Shown here one piece after another: positions 15,001 to 26,166 of a stretch of 52,798 bases of DNA. The position numbers were made by a program, and so were the translations under genes. The stretch lies in contig NW_021833712.1 of NCBI RefSeq assembly GCF_006345805.1, positions 1 to 52,798 on the forward strand. Direction: 5' to 3'. The first letter of the stretch is position 1. Each line of letters opens with the position of its first letter. This stretch comes from Octopus sinensis (Eukaryota). A model generated the notes under the pieces. That model was not told the origin of the DNA and did no database searches. It saw only the letters and a list, made by a program, of their open reading frames with translations.

Positions 15001-18000
15001 TATTGTTGGTTCTTCAGCTTTTACTGTTGTTGTTGGCTTTTCAGCTTTTACTTTTGTTGTTGGTTCTTCAGATTTTACTGTTGTTGTTGGTTCTTCAGCT
15101 TTTACTGTTGTTTGTTATTCAGCTTTTTTTGTTGTTGCCGGTTCTTCAGCTTTTACTGTTGTTGGTTCTTCAGATTTTACCGTTGTTGTCTGTTATTCGG
15201 CGTTTAATGCTTTTACTGTTGTTCAGCTTTTACTGTTTTTGTTGGATCTTCAGCTTTTATTGTTGTTGATGTTTCTTCAGATTTTCCTGTTGTTATTGGT
15301 TATTCAGCTTTTACTGTTGTTATTGGTTTTTATCTTCTACTGTTGTTGATGGTTCTTCAGCTTTTACTGTTCTTGTTGGCTCTTCAGCTTTTACTGTTGT
15401 TGATGATTCTTCAAGTTTTACTGTTATCTATGGTTCTTCAGATTTTACAGTTGTTGGTTATTCAGCTTTCACTGTTGTTAGTAAAACCCGAAGAACCAAC
15501 AACAGTAAAAGCTGAAGAAGCAAGAACAACAGTAAAAGCTGAAGAACCGGCAACAACAGTAAAAGCTGAATAACAGGCAACATTAAAAGCTGAAGAACTA
15601 TCAACAACAGTTAAAGCTGAATAACCAACAACAACAATAAAATCTGAAGAACCATCAACAACAGTAATACCTGAAGGACCATCAACAACAGTTAAAGCTG
15701 AAGAACCAACAACAACAGTAAAAGCTGCAGAACCATGAACAACAGTAAAAGCTAAATAACAAACAAGAGTAAAATCTGAAGAACCATCAACAACTGTAAA
15801 TGCGAAATGACAAACAGTAAAAATTGAAGAACCAACAACAGTAACACCTAAAGAACGATCAAAAGCAATAAAAGCTAATGAACCAAGTACAACAGTACAA
15901 GGTAGAAGAGCCAACGACAAGAGTAAAAACTGTAGAAACAACAATAAAAGTAAAAGCTGAAGCACAAAGAACAAGAGTAAAAAGCAAAAGAAACAACAGC
16001 AAAAGCTGAAGAACCAACAACAACAGTAAAGTGAAGTACCAACAACAAAATTAAAAGCAGTAGAACCAATAACAGTAAAATCTGAAGTACCAACAACAGT
16101 AAAAGCTAAAGAACCAACGACAACTGCCAGCTTTTACTGTTGTTATTGGTTCTTCAGCTTTTACTGTTGCTGATTCTTTAGCTATTACTGATTTGGTTCT
16201 TCGGCTTTCACTGTTGTTGGTTCTTCCGCATTTACTGTTGTTGGTCCTTCAGCTTTTACTGTTTTATTGGTTCTTTTTTGTTTGTTATTCTGGTTTAAAT
16301 GCTGTTGATGTTTATTCAGGTTTTCCTGTTGTTGGTTAATCGGCTTTTACTGTTGTCGTTGGTTCTTCAGCTTTTACTTCTGTTGGTTCTTCAGCTTTAA
16401 CAGTGAAAGCTGAATAACCAACAACTGTAAAATCTGAAGAACCAATTACAACAGAAAAACTGTAAAATTGTTGTTTCTCCTTCAGCTTTTACTGTTGTTG
16501 TTGGTTCTTCAGCTTTTACTGTTTTTGTTGGTTCCTCAGCTTTTACTCTTGTCGTTGGCCATTCTTCCTTGTACTATTGTACTTGGTTTATCAGCTTTTA
16601 CTGCTCTCGATGGTTCTTTTTTGTTGGTTCTTCAGACTTTTCTGTTGTTGTTGGTTTTTCAGCTTTTACTGTTGTTCTTGGTTCTTCAGGTTCTTCAGGT
16701 TGATCGTTCTTCAGGTTTTACTGTTGATGTTTCTTCAGCTTTTACTGTTGTTGGTCCTTCAGCTTTTACTGTTTTTGTTGGCTCTTCAGCTTTTGCTCTT
16801 GTTGATGGTTCTTCAGATTTTACTGTTGTTGTTTGTTATTCTGCTTTCAATGTTGTTGCCAGTTCTGCAGCTTTTACTGTTGTTGGCTCTTCAGATTTTA
16901 CTGTTGTTGGTTCTTCAGATTTTACTGTTGTGTTGGCTTTTCAGCTTTTACTGTTTTATTGGTTCTTCAGATTTTACTGTTGTTGTTGGTTATTCAGCTC
17001 TTACTGTTGTTGTTGGCTTTTCAGCTTTTACTGTTGTTGTTGGTTCAGATTTTACTGTTGTTTGTTATTCAGCTTTTAATGTTGTTGCCGGGTCTTCAGC
17101 TTTTACTGTTGTTGGTTCTTCAGATTTTACTGTTGTTGTCTGTTATTCGGCTTTTAATGCTTTTACTCTTGTCGTTGGTTCTTCCGCTTTTACTGTTGTT
17201 GGTTCTTCAGCTTTTACTGTTTTTGTTGGCTCTTCAGCTTTTACTGTTATCTTTGGTCCTTCAGATTTTACAGTTGTTGGTTATTCAGCTTTCGCTGTTG
17301 TTACTGGTTATTAAAAGCAGAAAAACAAACAATAACAGTAAAAGCCGAAGAACCAACAACAGTAAAAGCTGAAGAAGCAAGAACAAAAGTAAAAGCTGAA
17401 GAACCAACAACAACAGTAAAAGCTGAAGAACAAACAACAACAGTAAAAGCTGAAGAACAAACAACAACAGTAAAAGCTGAAGAACAGCAACAAAAACAGT
17501 AAAAGCTGAAGAACCAACAACAACAGTAAAAGCTGAAGAACAAACAACAACAGTAAAAGCTGAAGAACCAACAACAACAGTAAAAGCTGAAGAACCATCA
17601 ACAACAGTAAAAGCTAAATAACAAACAATAGTAAAATCTGAAGAACTAATAAAACATTAAAAGCTGAAGAACTAACAATAACGGTAAAAGCTGAAGAACC
17701 ATCAACAACTGTAAATGCGAAATGACAAACAACAACAGTAATAAAAGCTGAAGAACCAACAACAGTAACACCTAAAGAACGATCAAAAGCAATAAAAGCT
17801 AATGAAGCAAGTACAACAGTACAAGGTAGAAGAGCCAACGAGAAGAGTAAAATAAAAACTGTAGAAACAACAATTAAAGTAAAAGCTGAAGCACAAAAAA
17901 CAAGAGTAAAAAGCAAAAGCTGAAGAACCAACAACAAAAGTAAAGTGAAGTACCAACAACAAAATTAAAAGCAGAAGAACCAACAACAGTAAAAGATAAA

Positions 18001-19700
18001 GAACCAACGACAACTGCCAGCTTTTACTGTTGTTGTTGGTTCTTCAGCTTTTACTGTTGTTGTTGATTCTTTAGCTATTACTGTTTTTGGTTCTTCGGCT
18101 TTCACTGTTGTTGGTTCTTCCGCTTTTACTGTTGTCGGTTCTTCAGCTTTTACTGTTTTTGTTTGTTATTCTGGTTTAAATGCTGTTGATGTTCTTCAGG
18201 TTTTCCTGTTGTTGGTTAATAACGGTAAAAGCTGAAGAACCATCAACAACTGTAAATGCGAAATAACAAACAACAATAGTAAAAGCTAAAGAACCAACAA
18301 CAGTAAAAGCTGAAGAACAAACAACAACAGTAACACCTAAAGAACGATCAAGAGCAATAAAAGCTAATGAAGCAAGTACAACAGTACAAGGTAGAAGAAG
18401 CTTTTACTGTTGTCGTTGGTTCTTCAGCTTTTACTGTTGTTGGTTCTTCAGCGTTTACTTCTGTGGTTCTTTAGCTTTAACAGTGAAAGCTGAATAACCA
18501 ACAACTGCAAAATCTGAAGAACCAATTACAACAGAAAAACTGTAAAATCTGAAGTACCAATTACAACAGTAAAACCTGAAGAACCATCAACAACAGTAAA
18601 ACCTGAAGAACCATCAACAACAGAAAATGCGAAATAACAAACAACAACAGTAAAAGCTGAAGAACCAACAACGGTAAAAGCTGACAACTAAAAAAAGAGT
18701 AAAATGTGAATAATCAAAAACAACAGTCAACAACAACAGTAAAAGCTGAAGAAGCAACAACAAGAGAGAAAGCTGAAGAACCAAGAACAACAGTAAAAGC
18801 TGAAGAAGCAACGACAACTGTAAAAGCTGAATAACCAACTTATAATCTGTAGAAACATCAACTAAAATCTGAAGAACTAGCAACAACAGTAAAAGCAGAA
18901 CTAACAACAGAAAAAGCCGAAGAACCAACAGTTTTTCTGCTTTTACTGTTGTCGTTGGTTCTTCAGCTTTTACAGTTGTTCATGGTTCTTCAGCTTTTAC
19001 TGTTGTTGTTACTTCAGATTTTACTGTTGTTGGTTCTTCAGGTTTTTGTTTTGTAATTGGTACTTCATTTTACTGTTGTTGTTGGTTCTTTAGCTTTAAC
19101 TGTTGTTAATGGTTCTTCAGGTTTTACTGTTGTTGATGGTTCTTCAGATTTTACTGTTGTTATTTTAATGCTGTTGCTGGTTCTTCAGGTTTTACTGTTG
19201 TTGTTGGTACTTCTGCTTTTACTGTTTTATGGGTTCTTCAGATTTTACTGTTGTTTGTTATTCGTCTTTTAATGCTGTTGATGGTTCTTCAGATTTTAAT
19301 GTTGTTGATGCTTCTTCAGCTTTTACTGTTGTTGGTTCTTCAGCTTTTACTGTTTTTGTTGGTTCTTAAGAATTTACTCTTGCAGTTGTTAATTCTTCAT
19401 CTTTTACTGTTCTTGGTTCTTCAGCTTTTAATGTTTTTGATGGTTCTGCAGCTTTTCTGTTATATAACAATAAATTCTTTTCTAAAGAAACAATAATAAA
19501 AGCTGAAGCACAAACAAGAAGTGTAAAAAGCAAAAAAACAACAACAGCAAAAGCTGAAGAACCAACGACAACAGTAAAAGCAGAATAACCAACAACAGTA
19601 AAATCTGAAGAAACATCAACAACTAAAATCTGAAGAACCAGCAACAACTGTAAAAGCAGAAGTAACAACAGTAGAATCCGAAGAATCAACGACAGTCATT
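40..19700. repeat. Higher-order repeat (about 4.9-5.7 kb period; fourth copy more rearranged) within the array
   Basis: Junction TTCAGCTTTAACAGTGAAAGCTGAA recurs at 40, 4959, 10644 and 16390. Landmark CTGTTATATAACAATAAATTCTTTTCTAAAG recurs near 1920, 6850, 12470 and 19460. Confidence 0.9.
7790..8780. repeat. Local expansion of a 99-bp four-unit subrepeat (about 10 copies)
   Basis: GCTGGTTCTTTAGC-type motif spaced about 99 bp apart (e.g. 8338, 8437, 8536). It is single-copy in the homologous higher-order units near 2900 and 13465. Confidence 0.85.
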
Positions 19701-19769
19701 CTGCTTTTACTGTTGTCGTTGGTTCTTCGGCTTTAACTGTTGTTGACGTTTCTTCAGCTTTTACTGTTG

Positions 19770-22760
19770 TTGGTACTTCAGATTTTACTTTTGTTGTTGG
19801 TACTTCATTTTACTGTCGTTGTTGGTTCTTTAGCTTTTACTGTTTTTGTTGCTTCTTCAGCTTTAACTGTTAATGGTTCTTCAGGTTTTGCTGTTGTTGT
19901 TGGTTCTAGAGATCTTACTGTTGTTGATGGTTCTTCAGATTTTACTGTTGTTCTTCGTTATTCATCTTTCAATGTTGTTGCTGGTTCTTCAGCTTTTACT
20001 GTTGTATATTTTTCAGCTTTTACTGTTGTTGTTAGTTCTTCAGCTTTTACTGTTTTATTGGTTCTTCAGATTTTACTGTTGTTTGTTATTCGTCTTTTAA
20101 TGCTGTTGATGGTTCTTCAGCTTTTACTGTTGTTGGTTCTTCAGCTTTTACTGTTTTTGTTGGTTCTTAAGATTTTACTCTTGCCGTTGGTTATGCAGAT
20201 TTTACTATTGTTGTTAGTTCTTCAGATCTTGCTGTTGCTGTTTCTTTTGCTTTTTACTCTTGTTTGTGCTTCAGCTTTTACTGTTATTGTAGTTTCTTCA
20301 GTTTTTACTCTTGTCGTTGGCTCTTCTACCTTTTACTGTTGTACTTGGTTCCTCAGATTTTGGAGCTCTTTAGGTGATACTGTCGTTGGTTCTTCAGCTT
20401 TTACTGTTGTTATTGGTTATTCTGCTTTTACTGTTGTCGTTGGTAGTTCAGATTTTACTGTTATTTGTTCTTCTGCTTTTACTTTTGTTGTTGGTACTTC
20501 ATTTTACTGTTGTTTCTTTTGCTTTTTATTGTTGTTATTGGTTCTTAAGAACCATCTTTTACTTTTGTCGTTGGTTCTTCAGCTTTTATTCTTGTTATTG
20601 GTTATTCAGCTTTTACTGTTGTTGATGGTTCTTCAGATTTTACTGTTTTTGGTTATTCAGCTTTTACTGTTGTTGTTGGTTCTTCAGCTTTCACTGTTGT
20701 TGTTAACTCTTCATCTTTTACTGAATAACCAACAACTGTAAAATCTGAAGAACCAATTACAACAGTAAAACCTGAAGAACCATTAACAACAGTTAAAGCT
20801 GAATAACCATCAACAACAGTAAAACCTGAAGAAACGTCAACAACAGTAAAAGCTGAAGAACCATGAACAACAGTAAAAGCAGACCTAACAACAGTAAAAG
20901 CCGAAGAACCAACAACATATATTCTGCTTTTACTGTTGTCGTTGGTTTTTCAGCAGTTACTGTTGTTGTTGGTTCTTCAGCTTTTACTGTTTTATTGGTT
21001 CTACAGATTTTACTGTTGTTGTTTCTTATTCGGCTTTTAATGCTGTTGATGTTTCTTCAGGTTTTACTTTTGACTTTTGTTGATGGTTCTTCAGATCAGA
21101 TTTACTGTTGTTTGTTATTCAGCTTTTAATGTTGCCGGTTATTCAGCTTTTACTGTTGTTGTTTCTTCAGCTTCACTGTTGTTGTTGGCTCTTCTGCTTT
21201 TACTGTTGTTGTTGGTTCTTTAGCTTTTACTGTTGTTGCTTCTTCAGCTTTTACTGTTGTTGCTTCTTCAGCTTTTACTGTTGTTGGTACTTCAGATTTT
21301 ACTTTTGTTGTTGGTACTTCATTTTACTGTCGTTGTTGGTTCTTTAGCTTTTACTGTTTTTGTTGCTTCTTCAGCTTTAACTGTTAATGGTTCTTCAGGT
21401 TTTGCTGTTGTTGTTGGTTCTAGAGATCTTACTGTTGTTGATGGTTCTTCAGATTTTACTGTTGTTCTTCGTTATTCATCTTTCAATGTTGTTGCTGGTT
21501 CTTCAGCTTTTACTGTTGTATATTTTTCAGCTTTTACTGTTGTTGTTAGTTCTTCAGCTTTTACTGTTTTATTGGTTCTTCAGATTTTGCTGTTGTTTGT
21601 ATTCGTCTTTTAATGCTGTTGATGGTTCTTCAGCTTTTACTGTTGTTGGTTCTTCAGCTTTTACTGTTTTTGTTGGTTCTTAAGATTTTACTCTTGCCGT
21701 TGGTTATGCAGATTTTACTATTGTTGTTAGTTCTTCAGATCTTGCTGTTGCTGTTTCTTTTGCTTTTTACTCTTGTTTGTGCTTCAGCTTTTACTGTTAT
21801 TGTAGTTTCTTCAGTTTTTACTCTTGTCGTTGGCTCTTCTACCTTTTACTGTTGTACTTGGTTCCTCAGATTTTGGAGCTCTTTAGGTGATACTGTCGTT
21901 GGTTCTTCAGCTTTTACTGTTGTTATTGGTTATTCTGCTTTTACTGTTGTCGTTGGTAGTTCAGATTTTACTGTTATTGTTCTTCTGCTTTTACTTTTGT
22001 TGTTGGTACTTCATTTTACTGTTGTTTCTTTTGCTTTTTATTGTTGTTATTGGTTCTTAAGAACCATCTTTTACTTTTGTCGTTGGTTCTTCAGCTTTTA
22101 TTCTTGTTATTGGTTATTCAGCTTTTACTGTTGTTGATGGTTCTTCAGATTTTACTGTTTTTGTTATTCAGCTTTTACTGTTGTTGTTGGTTCTTCAGCT
22201 TTCACTGTGTTGTTAACTCTTCATCTTTTACTGAATAACCAACAACTGTAAAATCTGAAGAACCAATTACAACAGTAAAACCTGAAGAACCATTAACAAC
22301 AGTTAAAGCTGAATAACCATCAACAACAGTAAAACCTGAAGAAACGTCAACAACAGTAAAAGCTGAAGAACCATGAACAACAGTAAAAGCAGACCTAACA
22401 ACAGTAAAAGCCGAAGAACCAACAACATATATTCTGCTTTTACTGTTGTCGTTGGTTTTTCAGCAGTTACTGTTGTTGTTGGTTCTTCAGCTTTTACTGT
22501 TTTATTGGTTCTACAGATTTTACTGTTGTTGTTTCTTATTCGGCTTTTAATGCTGTTGATGTTTCTTCAGGTTTTACTTTTGACTTTTGTTGATGGTTCT
22601 TCAGATTTTACTGTTGTTTGTTATTCAGCTTTTAATGTTGCCGGTTATTCAGCTTTTACTGTTGTTGTTTCTTCAGCTTTCACTGTTGTTGTTGGCTCTT
22701 CTGCTTTTACTGTTGTTGTTGGTTCTTTAGCTTTTACTGTTGTTGCTTCTTCAGCTTTTA
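19770..22760. repeat. About 1.5-kb tandem duplication within the array
   Basis: Landmarks GGTTCTAGAGATC (about 19903/21417), GGTTCTTAAGAACC (about 20541/22053) and ORF starts 20863/22373 are each offset by about 1510 bp. Confidence 0.85.
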
Positions 22761-23944
22761 CTGTTGTTGCTTCTTCAGCTTTTACTGTTGTTAGTTCTTC
22801 TGCTTTTACTCTTGTTGATGTTTCTTCAGATTTTACTGTTGTTGGTTATTCAGCTTTTACAGTTGTCGTTGGTTCTTCAGCTTTTACTGTTATTGGTTCT
22901 TCTGCTTTTACTTTTGTTGTTGGTACTTCATTTTACTGTTGTTGTTTCTTTTGCTTTTTACTCTTGTTGTTTATGCTTCAGCTTTTACTGTTATTGTTGT
23001 TTCTTCAGTTTTTACTCTTGTCGTTGGCTCTTCTACCTTGTACTGTTGTACTTGGTTCATCAGCTTTTACTGCTCTTGATGGTTCTTTAGGTGTTACTGT
23101 TGTTGGTTCTTCAGCTTTTACTCTTGTTGCTTCTTCAGGTTTTACTGTTGTTGTTGGTTCTTCAGCTTTTACTGTTTTATAACAATAAATACTTCAGATT
23201 TTACTGTTGTTGTTGCTTCTTCAGCTTTTACTGTTGTTGGTTCTTCAGCTTTTACTGTTGTTGATGTTTCTTTAGATTTTATTGTTAGGAACCAACTTTT
23301 ACTTCTGTCGTTTGTTTTGCAGATTTTACTGTTGTTGTTAGTTCTTCAGATTTTGCTGTTGTTGTCTCATTTGCTTTTTACTTTTGTTGTTTGTTCTTCA
23401 GATTTTCCTGTTATTGTTGGTTCTTAAGTTTTTACTCTTGTCGTTGGCTTTCTACCTTGTACTGTTGTACTTGGTTCATCAATGTTACTGTTGTTGATTG
23501 TCCTTGGGCTTTTACTGTTTTTGTTGGTTCTTCAGCTTTTACTGTTGTTAGTTATTCAGCTTTTACTGTTGTTGTTGGTTCTTCTGCTTTTACTGTCGTT
23601 ATTGGTTCTTCAGCGTTTACTGTTGTTCTTCTCTTGTAGTTTGTTCCTCAGCTTATCCTATTGTTGTTGGTACTTTACCTTTTACTGTTGTTGTTTTTCA
23701 TAGTGTGAAAAATGTTTCTCAGCAAAAATAGACATCACCTATGTGTAAACAGTACACTAAAAAATGATTTCTATTCTACAAATTTGTATAGTTTTTCATG
23801 CATATTTACAATATTTTGTAACAGTATCATATGAAATTTTCTCACCATGAAGTCGAAAATTGGAATATGTTGATTTTTATTGTACCTGTTACACATATGT
23901 GACGTGTATTTTGCTGTGACTGTAGCTTTCTCTATTACCTATAA

Positions 23945-24400
23945 CTCTAGCTAACTCTACACAGTCTTTTTTTGATAATAACCCTTTCTATGTAAGTATA
24001 ACCTTGCTACTCCTGCCCTTGGGTGGTATCCTCCATTCATATTAAATTCCTTCCTAGTTCTTCTGTCTAACTTTGCTGATTCAATTTTTATCCAATCTAG
24101 AAAAGCTTCTGAGTGTCTATGTAATGATACTGACCATGTATTTACACTCTTCACTAGATTCGGACCATTTAGCTTTGACTTCATTAACTTCCTCACCCTT
24201 CTGATGTACTCCTCAATTTTCGTTTTCATTTCTATAGTTAGTGCTCTCTCAAATTCTAATATTCCTAGATTCTTATAACTCTCTCCTCTCAATTTGCTCT
24301 TTTTCAACTCTTCTAACTTTTCCTTGTGGAAATTCCATACTTGTATAGATCAATAAGGTAGTGTCACCTATATTTTTTGTATCTATCCTACTGATTACAG
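23945..24400 (-). mobile_element. R4/Dong-like non-LTR retrotransposon fragment (post-RT region)
   Basis: Translation KSKLNGPNLVKSVNTWSVSL...LDRRTRKEFNMNGGYHPRAGVARLYLHRKG aligns by eye with TELNAKNKIIGINTLAVP...HHPKSDIERLY in the element at 38-42 kb. Confidence 0.8.
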
Positions 24401-24884
24401 AACCTACTTTCCTAGTCAGCTTCCTTCTATTGTTACCTACTAATGCTGCCAATCTTTTTCTTACTTCTTTCCAGGAAGGAAAGGCAGTTTTCCTCTGTTT
24501 GGTGGCTCTGACGAAGGAGGTAGTGTGGCAGATGAAATTGTAAGGACTGTAGGCATACTTTCCTCTTCAGTTAAGCCCTCATCGACTTTTTCAAGTTCCA
24601 CTTGAAAAGGAAAGTAAGGGTAGAGAGGGAAGTTCTGCAAGTAAATTTGTTGAAAGGTTGGTGAATGTGGCGCAGATGGGCCTACTCTGAAACCGGAGAA
24701 ATTGAGGTGCGTCGGGATAACCAGAACTCTTGGTTCCTCAGTTGCGCCTGTGAGGAACTCCATACATTTGGGGAAATTTTATTGCTTAATTGTTTAGGTT
24801 ACTTATTGCATTCACAAATCATAACATTTCTGTTATGATCCCTGATGGAATTCACTTGACTCGTGCTGTTGTACAATGAATACT

Positions 24885-25295
24885 TTTGTTTGACTGTTTT
24901 TCGAAGGCATTCATGCATGTTTCTACCCTTTCATCGTGGTCAATATTGGGATATAAGGAAGAGACATCCATGATTACCAAAAAAACAGTTTTCAACATGG
25001 CTCCGGTGCTTAAAAATCAAAAGGAACTTGATCTTTTTGCGACAAGGGGTAGAAAGCCGTCCAGCTACTCCGAAATTTTGACTGTACAAGATTCATATTT
25101 GCTGCAAATTGGGCGCATTGGAGGAAATGTTAGGGAGACCATAAAATACAGGTGTTCTTTCTGACTCATGGATTTGACCTTATTAATGAAATTGTTTTCC
25201 TCCATTTCCAGAATTATTTTGTCATGTTCCTCTCTGTGATTGAGGTTTGGATCGACAGGTAATTCTTCATATGAAATTTTGTCACTTAAAACTCA
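24885..25295 (-). mobile_element. Penelope-like element RT fragment (degenerate)
   Basis: Minus-strand translation across frameshifts gives TPVFYGLPNI..PPMRPICS and IMDVSSLYPNIDHDE, typical Penelope-like RT motifs. Confidence 0.75.
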
Positions 25296-26166
25296 TGCTA
25301 AAATATACTCTCTTTCGCCCATAATTACGATAGCGTTTCCTTTATCCACTATTTTAATAACAATTAATTATTAGCTAGACGGTGGAGTATGTAATGTTGG
25401 GAATTTGTGAAGTTATTCCAAGACTTCTTTCCACTCGGCTTTCCCTCATGCCTGTCTGAAAAGATTCAATAAATTCCAATAGTGCTTGTGAACATCCATC
25501 CCGAACTTTATCTGGATACCAACTGGGATTCTTTTCAATCCAAATTATGCCAGATTCAATCATCATCGTTTTTATTTTCAGTAAGCATTTTTTTCAGTAT
25601 GGGGGTTTTTCTGACTCTTCGTTACCATTTTTTTCATAAAGATATTCCTTCAGCTTGTTACAGCGGACAAACTGAAATAGCCCTTGAGCTAGTTTATTCT
25701 TGTCGAAATTCTTAGTGCTTAGTGCTCAGTCCCAGATCCATAGACTACACTTTGTATCTACACCACATTTTGTGTGACATTAGCTTGATAGTTCTGAGAG
25801 GGGGGATTCTGATCTTGTGTTACTAGGATAAATCCTTCTGATTCGGCTTTCAAACCAGGTATCTGCAGTCACTGATGAGTTCTTTTCTTATCTACATTAA
25901 TTTCCCCAGCTCGTTTGGGATATTGCCCATGCAATGGCTTTTATTTCCACAGTCTCGATATTTCCTTCAAGCTTTCCTGTTAATTTTCTCTGTTAATTAC
26001 GTGACCAACAGGAGTCTAACCTTTCTGCTGTGTTAGTGAGTGGTGTGTCCTCTTTATCATTATCATAATCAGGGAGATGAAGCTCTTGTCTGTATTTATA
26101 TCCCTTCTTTGAGATTGAGTACAGTTTCTTACTTATGTTGCCTTGCCAGTCATTGTTACTTTGGAT

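Larger units (their letters stand above)
1..23700. repeat. Minisatellite array of 24-27 bp units (TTTVKAEEP / antisense GSSAFTVVV), in alternating orientation blocks
   Basis: Unit ACAACAACAGTAAAAGCTGAAGAACCA or its reverse complement runs throughout. Length variants are mostly multiples of 3. By eye about a quarter to a third lies in A-rich plus-strand blocks and the rest is T-rich. Stops (GAA TAA CCA; GGT TCT TAA) and frameshifts occur in both repeat frames, so there is no intact long ORF. The array runs off the left edge and ends in degenerate units near 23700. Confidence 0.97.

Noticed and set aside
197-23703. Dozens of Leu/Val-rich ORFs that resemble multi-pass membrane proteins
   Set aside because: They are alternative-frame translations of the TGT/GTT-rich repeat. 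They change frame at 1-bp indels and have no domain signature.
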